This document shows, piece by piece, positions 27,905 to 36,562 of a stretch of DNA of 64,000 nt. The DNA is taken from the NCBI GenBank assembly GCA_942492955.1, contig OW818644.1, positions 962,327 through 1,026,326 of the forward strand, written 5' to 3'. Position 1 is the stretch's first letter, and every line of letters starts with the position of its first letter. Origin of the DNA: an uncultured Methanomassiliicoccales archaeon (GTDB lineage Archaea; Thermoplasmatota; Thermoplasmata; Methanomassiliicoccales; UBA472). Below the pieces are notes generated by a model, which saw only the letters and a program-made list of their open reading frames with translations, was not told where the DNA came from and searched no databases. The translations under genes were made by a program, and so were the position numbers.

Positions 27905-30045
27905 GCTGTTTCCCTCCTGATCGTCGCGAGCGCATCCACCGCGCTCGCACCCTGGCCCTCGTCGCCGACGATGACCGGGTTTATCTCGAACTCCGCCAGC
28001 TCAGGAAAATCAATGGCCAGCTGGGATAGCTTGCCGATGACGTCCTTCAACGCCGCGATGTCCGCGGGACGCCTCCCTCTGGCTCCCGTTAGTATCGGAT
28101 ATGCCTTGATAGACTGTATCATGGTATTAACGTCGCTACCGGTTAATGGAGCTATCCTCTGCGCCACGTCCCGCATGATCTCGACGAATATCCCGCCCAA
28201 ACCGAACGTCACTACCGGTCCGAACTGGTTGTCCCTGACCATGCCGACGATGACCTCGCGCCCTTTGACCATACGTTCCAGCGAAACGCCGTCGACCCGG
28301 GCCTGGGGCATCTTCGAGGATATCCTGGACATGATCAGCTGGAACTGTGTACGAACCTCTTCGTCGCTCTTGATGTCGACCACGACCCCGCCCACATCGG
28401 TCTTGTGGGCGATGTCCGGGGACTCCACCTTCATGACCAACGGATATCCGATCCTCTGCGCCTCCCTGACCGCCTCCTCGGCGTCCTTTGCTGCGCCCTC
28501 TAACGGGACATCGATGCCGTAGGCGCGCAGTATCTCTTTTCCCTCGGTCTCCGAAAGCATCAGACGGTTCTCGGAACGGACCTTGTCCAGAACAGCTTTG
28601 GTCCGTTCCTTGTCCCCGGCATAGGAAAGCGGGACCTCGTCGACCTTGGAGTCCTTGAAGAGCTTGTACGAGACCATGGCGCTGAGCGATTGTACCGCCC
28701 GGTCCGGTGAATCATAGTTCGGGACGCCCGAGGTCCGGAGGATGCTGACCGCCTTCTCCAGCCCAGCACCGCCCACGAATGCCGTGACGAAGGGTTTGGG
28801 CGAGTTGCCCGCGAACTTGGCCAAGGCCGTAGCGACGGCGGCGGTGTCAACAATGTCAGTGGGCGCCATCAAGGCCAGGACGCAGGAGACGTTGTCGTCC
28901 CGCATGATGGCGTTGATCGCGAACGAGTACCGGTCGGCATCGGCATCGCCGATCACATCCACCGGGTTGTAGAAGTTGGCCGACTCGGGCAGCTTGGTCT
29001 TCAGCAGCTCGATGGTCTCCGGCTTGAACGATGCCAGACTGACACCGTAATCCGAGCAGGCGTCGGCCGCCATGACGCCGAGACCTCCGGCGTTGGTGAC
29101 GATGGCGATGCGGTCGCCTTCCGGCAACGGCATGCTCGAAAAGAGCGTGAGATGGTCGAAGAGTTCCTCTATCGTCCTGACCCGGATGATGCCGGACTGT
29201 GCCATAGCCGCGTCGTAGACCTTGTCGCTGCCGGAGAGCGCACCGGTATGGGACGATGCCGCCTTGGCGCCCGTGGACGTACGTCCGGCCTTGAGCGCGA
29301 TTATCGGCTTTTCCCTCGTGGTCAGGTTGGCCTGGTGCATGAACTCGATGCCCCGGTCCGTGCCCTCGATGTACATCCCGATGACCTTGGTCAGCGGATC
29401 GTCGCGCAGATACTGGAGCAGGTCCGCCTCATCGATGTCCAGCTTGTTGCCCACGCTGATGAACTTGGAGAATCCGACGTTCGTCCGCTTGGCCCAATCA
29501 AGCATGACCGAGCATATGGCGCCCGACTGGGAGCTGATGGCGATCGAGCCGGCGCGTGGATACTGGTTGACGAAGGTGGCGTTGATCATGCTGTCGGTAT
29601 TGATCATGCCCAGACAGTTAGGGCCCAATATCCTCATGCCGTAGGAGCGGGCGATCTCCCCGACCTTTCGCTCCAGTTCGGCCCCGTCCTTGCCGACCTC
29701 CTTGAAACCGGCGGAGATGATGATGGCCGCCTTTGTCCCCTTTCGGCCGGCCTCGTCGATGATGCCCGGCACCGTGCCAGCTGGGGTGGTGACCACCACC
29801 AGGTCCACCTTGTCCGGGACCAACGAGATGCTGGCATAGCACCTGAGACCCAACAGCTCCTCGGCCTTGGGGTTGACCGGGTACAGTTTTCCGGTGAAGC
29901 CGGAGCTGATGATGTTGCGTAGCACTATGTGGCCGACCTTGGTCTCCTCCCTGGCCGCGCCCACCACCGCGATGCTTACCGGCTCGAAAAGTTCCCTCAT
30001 CCTCTCCGTCCGCAATTGCATTAACCCCTGGATATAGCTTGCCAT
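27901..30045 (-). CDS. acd: ADP-forming acetyl-CoA synthetase (fused alpha/beta, NDP-forming acyl-CoA synthetase family)
   Basis: 714 aa with a CoA-binding N-terminus (VAVVGAAREETKVGH), the phospho-histidine region SSHTGALSG, and a C-terminal ATP-grasp domain. Confidence 0.85.
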   Translation of the reverse strand: MASYIQGLMQLRTERMRELFEPVSIAVVGAAREETKVGHIVLRNIISSGFTGKLYPVNPKAEELLGLRCYASISLVPDKVDLVVVTTPAGTVPGIIDEAGRKGTKAAIIISAGFKEVGKDGAELERKVGEIARSYGMRILGPNCLGMINTDSMINATFVNQYPRAGSIAISSQSGAICSVMLDWAKRTNVGFSKFISVGNKLDIDEADLLQYLRDDPLTKVIGMYIEGTDRGIEFMHQANLTTREKPIIALKAGRTSTGAKAASSHTGALSGSDKVYDAAMAQSGIIRVRTIEELFDHLTLFSSMPLPEGDRIAIVTNAGGLGVMAADACSDYGVSLASFKPETIELLKTKLPESANFYNPVDVIGDADADRYSFAINAIMRDDNVSCVLALMAPTDIVDTAAVATALAKFAGNSPKPFVTAFVGGAGLEKAVSILRTSGVPNYDSPDRAVQSLSAMVSYKLFKDSKVDEVPLSYAGDKERTKAVLDKVRSENRLMLSETEGKEILRAYGIDVPLEGAAKDAEEAVREAQRIGYPLVMKVESPDIAHKTDVGGVVVDIKSDEEVRTQFQLIMSRISSKMPQARVDGVSLERMVKGREVIVGMVRDNQFGPVVTFGLGGIFVEIMRDVAQRIAPLTGSDVNTMIQSIKAYPILTGARGRRPADIAALKDVIGKLSQLAIDFPELAEFEINPVIVGDEGQGASAVDALATIRRETA

Positions 30046-30057
30046 GGGAATGGCGTC

Positions 30058-30942
30058 TCAGAACTCGTCTATCTTGGCCTGGTCCTGGACGTGCACCACC
30101 TTGGGCTTGTGCGGGATGTTCAGCATGTCCATCAGTTCGAACGCGTTCTTGGCGGATTTGGCCCGGCCATGGTTGTTGAAGAACACGCGGACCCGGGAGA
30201 CGCGTTCCTCCATCTCCCTGATCCGGGGCACCCAGGGGGTGAGCTGGTCCTCGCTATACAGGTAGTCGTACCTGTCGATGCGCTCGTCATCCTCCTTCTC
30301 ATCGTGATACCAGATGTCGTAGTTCCGGCCGTGGAACCGGACGTAGGCGGAATCGGCGGTCAGATCGCTGGTGAACGGGAAACCGGGACCGTCGACGATG
30401 ACATTGGCGATGTGGTTGTCCCGCAGGAGCCTGAAGGTGTCCCCGAGCAGATGGTGATTGTCGTTAAGCCAGGACCTGTGGCGGAACTCCAAGGCGTAGT
30501 GGAACTCGCCGACCGACAGTGAGCCGAGGAACCGGGAAAGCACCTCGAACGAATCGCCGGTGTTGTGGAAGGAGGGTGACATCTGCAGCAGGATGGCGCC
30601 CAGGCCGCCGGCCTCGTTCAGCGGCAGCGCCAGGATGCGCTCGAAGAACAGAGCGTGCTTGAGCGCCGTTTTGTCATCGTGGTCGACAAGGGCCTCGTGC
30701 GTCACACTCCGTGGCATCTTGATCGAGAACTCGAAACCGGGATGTGACTTGGCCTTCTCCACCCAGGACCTGACCTGCGCTTCCCCGGGCATGCGGTAGA
30801 AGGTCGAGTTCACCTCGACGGAGCTGAAGAACTCGGCGTAGTGCTCGAACCGCCTGGGGTTGTCGTTCCTGATCTCGAAGGGAAAGAACCGGCCGATCCA
30901 GTCCTCGTAGGACCAGCCGCTGCACCCGACCGTGATGGTCAT
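30058..30942 (-). CDS. DUF72 (YecE/UPF0759) family protein
   Basis: MTITVGCSGWSYEDWIGRFFP...VEVNSTFY is the typical DUF72 N-terminus. An internal ATG was chosen to avoid overlap with the upstream gene. Confidence 0.8.
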   Translation of the reverse strand: MTITVGCSGWSYEDWIGRFFPFEIRNDNPRRFEHYAEFFSSVEVNSTFYRMPGEAQVRSWVEKAKSHPGFEFSIKMPRSVTHEALVDHDDKTALKHALFFERILALPLNEAGGLGAILLQMSPSFHNTGDSFEVLSRFLGSLSVGEFHYALEFRHRSWLNDNHHLLGDTFRLLRDNHIANVIVDGPGFPFTSDLTADSAYVRFHGRNYDIWYHDEKEDDERIDRYDYLYSEDQLTPWVPRIREMEERVSRVRVFFNNHGRAKSAKNAFELMDMLNIPHKPKVVHVQDQAKIDEF

Positions 30943-30997
30943 CGCATACGTATTTGCAGCTTCGAACAGAAAAAGGTAATGAAAAGGATGAAGGGGT

Positions 30998-31516
30998 TTA
31001 CCAGGAACGGGACCACTTGTTCCACATGATGCCATTGATTCCGCCCAGCACTAGCAGCGAGACGAACAGCACGGCCAGGTTCTGATAGCCATTGTAGTCG
31101 TTGGCATACACCAGCAGCCAGACCAGCAGGAACGCCACCCATGCCGCGCCGGTCAGGAACGACACGATCGCCTTCCAGCGCCATGGGCCCATCACGTCCT
31201 TCGGTGCCATCCGCATCGCCCAGGTGCCCCACATGGCTGCGTTAATGCCGATGAACACGATCACCGACACGATGATCGCGGCGATGTTCTCGTAGATGTT
31301 GTAGTTCCCGGCGTAGAATCCCAGCCAGATGAGCACGAAGGAAAGCCACCCAACTGCGGTCGCTATGGAGGTCGATACCCTCCAGCCGAATCCCTTCGTC
31401 TTCCTTGGGTCGAAATCGACCGATAGGTTCTCGTTCAACTCGTCCATGTGTCCACAGCCCCATGCCCGGCTCCGCCCGGTGCATCCTTGATCGTTATCTT
31501 CGCTCATTACAGACAA
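30998..31516 (-). CDS. Small membrane protein built from two tandem copies of a ~60-aa two-TM repeat
   Basis: The repeats are W-x-VSTSIATAVGWLSFVLIWLGFYAGNYNIYENIA...GINAAMWGTW and W-x-AIVSFLTGAAWVAFLLVWLLVYANDYNGYQNLA...GINGIMWNKW. Confidence 0.6.
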   Translation of the reverse strand: MSVMSEDNDQGCTGRSRAWGCGHMDELNENLSVDFDPRKTKGFGWRVSTSIATAVGWLSFVLIWLGFYAGNYNIYENIAAIIVSVIVFIGINAAMWGTWAMRMAPKDVMGPWRWKAIVSFLTGAAWVAFLLVWLLVYANDYNGYQNLAVLFVSLLVLGGINGIMWNKWSRSW

Positions 31517-31748
31517 CTCCTCTGTGATTATCCTATCGGTCGGTCACGATATTTGGGCAAGGTGGACACAAGTGACCGGATAGGGTCGACCTTTCCGCTG
31601 CATGATTGGGATCGGGGTCGAATTAAGTGAAAAACGATTTCTTCAACGATGGGGGCGGATATCGGTTCGCCTGCCGATTACTGCCGTAATGTTTACCTCA
31701 TGATCGAGAAAATGGACCGATAGAAGTACTATCTGACACAAGAAAGGG

Positions 31749-32014
31749 TTTAAATTCAGCCCATCCCTCTCCATCCTTGCATTCGGTAAAAGTAGAGGGG
31801 ATCTGTGAACCTCTCAGTAATCCGGATGCATACAGTGCCCGTTAATTGGGTCCCTGCAGGAACTTGCGATGAGACTATCGCGTCATGACTGGAGGACAAC
31901 CCCGGTGCACGACACTAAACCCCCGCCCCGGGTCAGTGTGGGGAGAACAGACAGTCATGTCGTCCATGAACCAATCTGTTTGGGGTGGGGGACACTCCGC
32001 GATTTCATATTTTT
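31749..32014 (+). ncRNA. Candidate structured non-coding RNA, family unknown. TATA TTTAAAT at 31749-31755; oligo-T at 32010-32014
   Basis: Lies in a 555-bp gap with no credible ORF. Nested helices: CCCCCGCCCC (31920-31929) pairs with GGGGTGGGGG (31982-31991), and AACAGA (31946-31951) pairs with TCTGTT (31975-31980). A possible long-range pairing links CATGACTG (31884-31891) with CAGTCATG (31952-31959). Confidence 0.35.
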
Positions 32015-32071
32015 CAAAAATCGACTGGCACAGCGATTTCGTTAAGTATTCCTGGTTCACTACCAACGCTC

Positions 32072-32542
32072 ATGGTGGAGATGAAGAAGAGCTTCTCGGA
32101 CCTGCTGGTCGAAGATGTGTTCGAACTTATCGTCAAGGATCCAACGACCATCGATTCCGGTGCAAAGATCCGCCAGGTCTTCGACGAGTTCCTCAAGAAT
32201 CCCGTCTCCAGGAAGGTCTACGTCCTGAACGAAGAGGGAAAGCTCATGGGGGCGGTGACCACCGAGACCCTGCTTCGCCTCCTCGGCTACCGGGTGGGTG
32301 TCAGAGAGTTCGCCAACTGGTCCCTGTGGAGGCTCATGAGGGACATGCTCAAGGAAGGAGTGGAAGGAGTGATCGACAAGGTCCCGACGGTAAAACGTTC
32401 AGACAAATTGGTCAAGGCCCTGAAGATCATGGTCGAGGAGCATTTCACTGACCTGCCGGTCGTGGACGACGACGGAAAACTGATCGGCGAACTGAACAGC
32501 TATGAGATATTCACCAAGGGGAGAGAGCTGTTCGAAGAGTGA
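32072..32542 (+). CDS. CBS-domain pair protein
   Basis: Two CBS modules (VYVLNEEGKLMGAVTTETLL and LPVVDDDGKLIGELNSYEIF). Start placed at MVEMKKSF, about 25 nt downstream of a TATA-like GTTAAGTATT. Confidence 0.75.
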   Translation: MVEMKKSFSDLLVEDVFELIVKDPTTIDSGAKIRQVFDEFLKNPVSRKVYVLNEEGKLMGAVTTETLLRLLGYRVGVREFANWSLWRLMRDMLKEGVEGVIDKVPTVKRSDKLVKALKIMVEEHFTDLPVVDDDGKLIGELNSYEIFTKGRELFEE

Positions 32543-32595
32543 GCTTGAACCGACAGATTTAATGCCCGATGCGCTGGAATATCATCAATGGTGAT

Positions 32596-33018
32596 ATGAC
32601 GACAGACATCAAGCGCATTCTCGTCGGGATCGACGGTTCGAGCAATTCGGACAGGGCGGCATCCTTCGCCGCACAAATAGCAAAGAGATTCGATGCCGAG
32701 GTCACATTGCTTTTCGTCGTGACCCCCTCCGATCACGACATGCTCGCGGGGAAGTCCACATTCATCGACGAGGACAAGGGCTTCGGCGAGCAGCGCATGG
32801 CAAAGGCGGAAGCGATCTTCAAGGAGGCGGGCGTCAAATTCGCCAAGGACATCGAGTTCGGCCATGCCGCCGAGAAGATCCTCGTCTTCTCGGAGCGCGG
32901 ATTCGACCTAGTGGTCCTGGGAACCAGGGGGCAGAGCGCGGTCAGGGGTTTCCTGATGGGCAGCGTTTCCAGCCAGGTCTCCCAGCATTCGAAGGTGCCG
33001 GTGGTGGTCGTCCCCTGA
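32596..33018 (+). CDS. Universal stress protein (UspA family)
   Basis: ILVGIDGSSNSDRA...VVLGTRGQSAVRGFLMGSVSSQVSQHSKVPVVVV. Confidence 0.85.
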   Translation: MTTDIKRILVGIDGSSNSDRAASFAAQIAKRFDAEVTLLFVVTPSDHDMLAGKSTFIDEDKGFGEQRMAKAEAIFKEAGVKFAKDIEFGHAAEKILVFSERGFDLVVLGTRGQSAVRGFLMGSVSSQVSQHSKVPVVVVP

Positions 33019-33040
33019 AGGGGACAGAGCACCGGTCTTC

Positions 33041-34012
33041 TTAACGCAGATAGATGCTGCCCATTTCCTTGTTCCAGGCCCACTCGTCCTCGGTCCTGGC
33101 GTCGATCTTCGCCCGGACGATCTCCTGTATCCTCGAGTCCAGTGTGTCAGCCTGAGCTATGGCGACCGCCTCGGGGAACGATGGTTCCTTCGGAGATCCG
33201 TATTCCAGCTCTCCGTGGCTGCTGAGGATGATGTGGCTGATCTTCAGTCGGAGGTTGTCCGGGAACTCCGGTATCGTGAATATCGCCCGGCTGATCATCT
33301 CGGCCCCGATGACGATGTGACCGCGCAGACGGCCTTCGTTCGTGCAGTCGATGTTCGTAGTGACGACGTACTCGTGGACCTTGCCGATATCGTGCAGGAT
33401 CGCTCCGGCCAGCAGCAGGTCCCGGTCCATCTTGGGGTACATGTCGCCCATCGTGTCGCAGAGCTTGGTGACGTCCAGCGTATGCTCCAATAGACCGCCG
33501 ATCCAGTTGCAGTGATGGGTTATCGCGGCCGGGCACTTCTTGAACTCCTCGACGAACGTTTCATCGGCGAAGAAGTATGAGAGCAGTTCCAGCAGCTTCG
33601 GGTCCTTGACCTTCTTGATGTACCCGTTCAGCTGGGTCATCATCTGATTGATGTCCTTCTCGGTCCGCGGGACGAAGTCCTCGAGGCGGTACTCCCCCTC
33701 AGCCAATGCGAGGACCATGTCGCCATTGTCGGGGTTGATGGCGATCTCCAGGATCTCGTTGTACTCCTGTGCCTTTCCCTTTACGCGGAGAACGCCGCCG
33801 GGCAGGATCGAGTCGTACACCTTGCGCACCGCCATCTCGTTGGTGTTGCCGAAGTACTTGACCGCGATATCGCCGGTCTTGTCGCCGACCCGCACGTCGA
33901 ACATGAAGCCGTTCTTGCTCTTGCGAACCGGCTTCTTGAACTTGACCGAGAACATGTCGTCGACCTTGGTCTCTTTGTTGAGGTCCTTGATGAACTGCTT
34001 CTTTTCCGCCAT
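33041..34012 (-). CDS. OB-fold plus HD-domain phosphohydrolase (YhaM/COG3481-like putative 3'-5' exonuclease)
   Basis: N-terminal OB-like region (FDVRVGDKTGDIAVKYFG), then HD motifs (LLEHTLDV, AILHDIGK, SHHGELEYGSP). Confidence 0.7.
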   Translation of the reverse strand: MAEKKQFIKDLNKETKVDDMFSVKFKKPVRKSKNGFMFDVRVGDKTGDIAVKYFGNTNEMAVRKVYDSILPGGVLRVKGKAQEYNEILEIAINPDNGDMVLALAEGEYRLEDFVPRTEKDINQMMTQLNGYIKKVKDPKLLELLSYFFADETFVEEFKKCPAAITHHCNWIGGLLEHTLDVTKLCDTMGDMYPKMDRDLLLAGAILHDIGKVHEYVVTTNIDCTNEGRLRGHIVIGAEMISRAIFTIPEFPDNLRLKISHIILSSHGELEYGSPKEPSFPEAVAIAQADTLDSRIQEIVRAKIDARTEDEWAWNKEMGSIYLR

Positions 34013-34081
34013 TGACTTGCCCCTTGCCCCTAATGTTATCTGGTTAATATTGATGCCGGACGACATGCCGAGAACGCCGGC

Positions 34082-34774
34082 TCACACCTTCTTTGCCGCG
34101 ACACGTTTCAGCCAGTCCTCCGCCTCGCGGTAGCGCGGGTGGATCCGCTCCATGTCCTTGAACTGCTTGTCGTGGTACCGTCCCAGGGATTTGAGCCCGC
34201 CGCGAAGGTGGAGCAGTTCGTGATAGAGCACATACTCCGGGACGTATTCCGGCACACGGTCGGTGTCCAAGGCGGAGCTGATCGCGATGACCCGCATCAG
34301 GATCGAGCAGTAGCCGAGCCGTGCCCGATTGGGACGGCTGGTCCAGGTGATATAGGTGTTGGGTATGTCCGGCACCAGGCCTTGGTCCTTGAGATGCTCG
34401 AACGCCTCCAGCAGGTGGTAGTTGCTGCCCTCCGACCGATACGCGAGATTGCGGCTGCGGCGCAGGTAGACCGGACGGTTGGTATCGAGGAACTCCCTCG
34501 ATTGGAACCAGTCCTTCATCCGCTCGTTGTAGAGCTCGACCTTGCCCTTGGACCGGAGCCGTTTGAACAGGTTGTCAGCGAACTCGTCGATGATCTGACC
34601 GTCCGCGCATTCCAGATAATCCGTGACCTTGAAATCGGCGGTGTTCCCGGTCCTTTGCCAGCTTGCCTTGAAATCCTTGAACGGGAAGAAGCCCGCGCTC
34701 ACCTTATCGTATCCATGCGCCCTGCCCACCCTCTGGAAAGAAGCGCAGATCCCATCCTGTACATCCGTCGTCAT
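34082..34774 (-). CDS. DUF45/YgjP-like (SprT/WLM-related) zinc metallohydrolase
   Basis: HExxH in YVLYHELLHL, followed by RYHDKQF...HPRYREAEDWL, the C-terminal pattern of the DUF45 family. Confidence 0.6.
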   Translation of the reverse strand: MTTDVQDGICASFQRVGRAHGYDKVSAGFFPFKDFKASWQRTGNTADFKVTDYLECADGQIIDEFADNLFKRLRSKGKVELYNERMKDWFQSREFLDTNRPVYLRRSRNLAYRSEGSNYHLLEAFEHLKDQGLVPDIPNTYITWTSRPNRARLGYCSILMRVIAISSALDTDRVPEYVPEYVLYHELLHLRGGLKSLGRYHDKQFKDMERIHPRYREAEDWLKRVAAKKV

Positions 34775-34787
34775 CGATTCTAACCTC

Positions 34788-35483
34788 TCATCGGCTTAGG
34801 AGGATAAACCCGTTTTCCTCATCGCCGATCATCTGAGTGACCTGGCCCCGATATATCGCATGCCTATACACGGATATTGCGCAGAGCAGAGAATCGATCC
34901 TGTCGGCGGTTGTTTTGATGCCGCTGGAATTGGCCTGACATATCTCGTCTTGAAGCCCTCCGGGTAACCGTATCTCGGGTTGCTGTTCCTGGATCGCCTG
35001 GAGCACGTTCAGGCATTCCCGTCTCTTTTCCGCCAGCTTGCCATGCTTGTAACGTGGCGAACGGCCCATCAGGCACCTGATGGCGGCGTAAGGAAACACC
35101 TCATAGACCAGACGACCGTGAAAATCGTTCGGTCTGGCCAGACGGAAACCTTTTGGAACCAAGGCTTCGACCAAACGCTCTCCCCGGGAGCCCCCGAACT
35201 TGTTCGCCAGATAGTCCTTCGATGTCGGCAGGATCTTGAATCCCATTCTTCTGACCAGCTTCTCGGTGGACCTCATGCCGGCCTGGTTCGGCACCTTGAG
35301 GGAAGCGTCGATCCCGATGAGGCGATCGCCTTCACCTCCGACCAGGGAGATGATCTCGTCATCGTTCGTAACCAGGTCGATGGTGGCGCTGAGATCTTCG
35401 CCGATCACGCAGACCGCAGTGCTCAATGGACCCGGGTCCTCGCATTTCCATGCCAGGTCGATGCCGACGAATATCACGTTCAC
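34788..35483 (-). CDS. DUF429-family protein (predicted RNase-H-fold nuclease)
   Basis: N-terminal VIFVGIDLAW and mid-protein LIGIDASL acidic motifs, with overall size typical of DUF429. Confidence 0.6.
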   Translation of the reverse strand: MNVIFVGIDLAWKCEDPGPLSTAVCVIGEDLSATIDLVTNDDEIISLVGGEGDRLIGIDASLKVPNQAGMRSTEKLVRRMGFKILPTSKDYLANKFGGSRGERLVEALVPKGFRLARPNDFHGRLVYEVFPYAAIRCLMGRSPRYKHGKLAEKRRECLNVLQAIQEQQPEIRLPGGLQDEICQANSSGIKTTADRIDSLLCAISVYRHAIYRGQVTQMIGDEENGFILLSR

Positions 35484-35593
35484 CGTATCACAGGCCGAAT
35501 ATTTTCATAGTTCCAACACAACTGTTTTCAAAGAAAAATCGCCAGTACAGACTTGTTAAATAGTCAACAGAGGAATATGAGTTTCCCGAGGAC

Positions 35594-36562
35594 ATGGATA
35601 GCTTATCCAGGGATGACCGGGAAAAGCACCTGATAACTCGTGGGAACGTCGACGGGATCGTAAGCGCCTCTATCTTTCTTAACCGATATCCGAACTCCCG
35701 TGTATCATTTATCACGTCCCCGACCGCGGGTGCTAAGGCTTTGTCAATGGACTTCACCTCGAACGAAATATACCTGGCCGACGTGGCGCTCGTTCCGGAC
35801 GTGGCCGATGCGATGGCAACGCGCCGAGACCGGCAGAAGGTCTTCCTGATAGACCATCACCCGACGCCGAACAACGCCTGCCCGAACGGTGTCAAGGTAA
35901 TCAACGAGGGAATGAGCGCGGCCGGCGTCCTGTACCATTTCCTGAACTCCTCCAGTCACCTGAAGAAGCTGGTGGCCATCGCTGACATGGTGGAGTATTT
36001 TGACACGCCCATACTGACGGAGGTGATGGACGATCATGGACACCAGAAGGTGGACGAGGAGTCGCACATCCTGGATTTCTCATGGAGATTGAACATCGAG
36101 GACGATTACTTCCGCCTGCAGGCGGCGCAGCACCTGTCGCAAGGCCTATGGCCGTCACAGGTCGGACCGATCAAGAGGCGCTTCGTCCAGGTGGTGAACG
36201 AACAGCGGTGGCCGAAGGCTCTGGCCCGGGCGCAGTCCGGCATGAGGGTGCGGGGCAATGTCGGCATATTCGACGGGACTGACAAGAACCGGTCCCTCTA
36301 CGGTTTCGGGACCAGGGCGATAGTCGAGGTGGCGCTGCGGCGCGGTTGCCGTTACGCGATGATGATCAATGAACGGAAGATCCACTCCTCGATCTCGATG
36401 CGGGGGATGTGCGCCAACGGCACGAATCTCGGACGGTTCGTCGAGGACTTCACCGATATCCACGGACTTGAGGGCGGAGGCCACCCGTCCAGTGCCGGTG
36501 CCAGAATACCGGTGGAGAGCACGCGCATGTTCGTCGAGGAGTTCGTCACCGAGGCCCGTTAA
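35594..36562 (+). CDS. DHH/DHHA1-family phosphoesterase (NrnA/RecJ-like)
   Basis: Motifs GNVDGIVSAS, FLIDHHP and GGGHPSSAG. Confidence 0.75.
   Translation: MDSLSRDDREKHLITRGNVDGIVSASIFLNRYPNSRVSFITSPTAGAKALSMDFTSNEIYLADVALVPDVADAMATRRDRQKVFLIDHHPTPNNACPNGVKVINEGMSAAGVLYHFLNSSSHLKKLVAIADMVEYFDTPILTEVMDDHGHQKVDEESHILDFSWRLNIEDDYFRLQAAQHLSQGLWPSQVGPIKRRFVQVVNEQRWPKALARAQSGMRVRGNVGIFDGTDKNRSLYGFGTRAIVEVALRRGCRYAMMINERKIHSSISMRGMCANGTNLGRFVEDFTDIHGLEGGGHPSSAGARIPVESTRMFVEEFVTEAR

Noticed and set aside
31749-32014. Assignment of the candidate ncRNA to RNase P RNA or SRP RNA.
   Set aside because: There are only loose resemblances (GGAGGACAACCCC versus the CR-I motif GAGGAAAGUCC; GAACAGAC versus ACAGAA). 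Key universally conserved nucleotides are missing, and the SRP helix-8 GGAA/AGCA motifs are absent. The family is left unknown.
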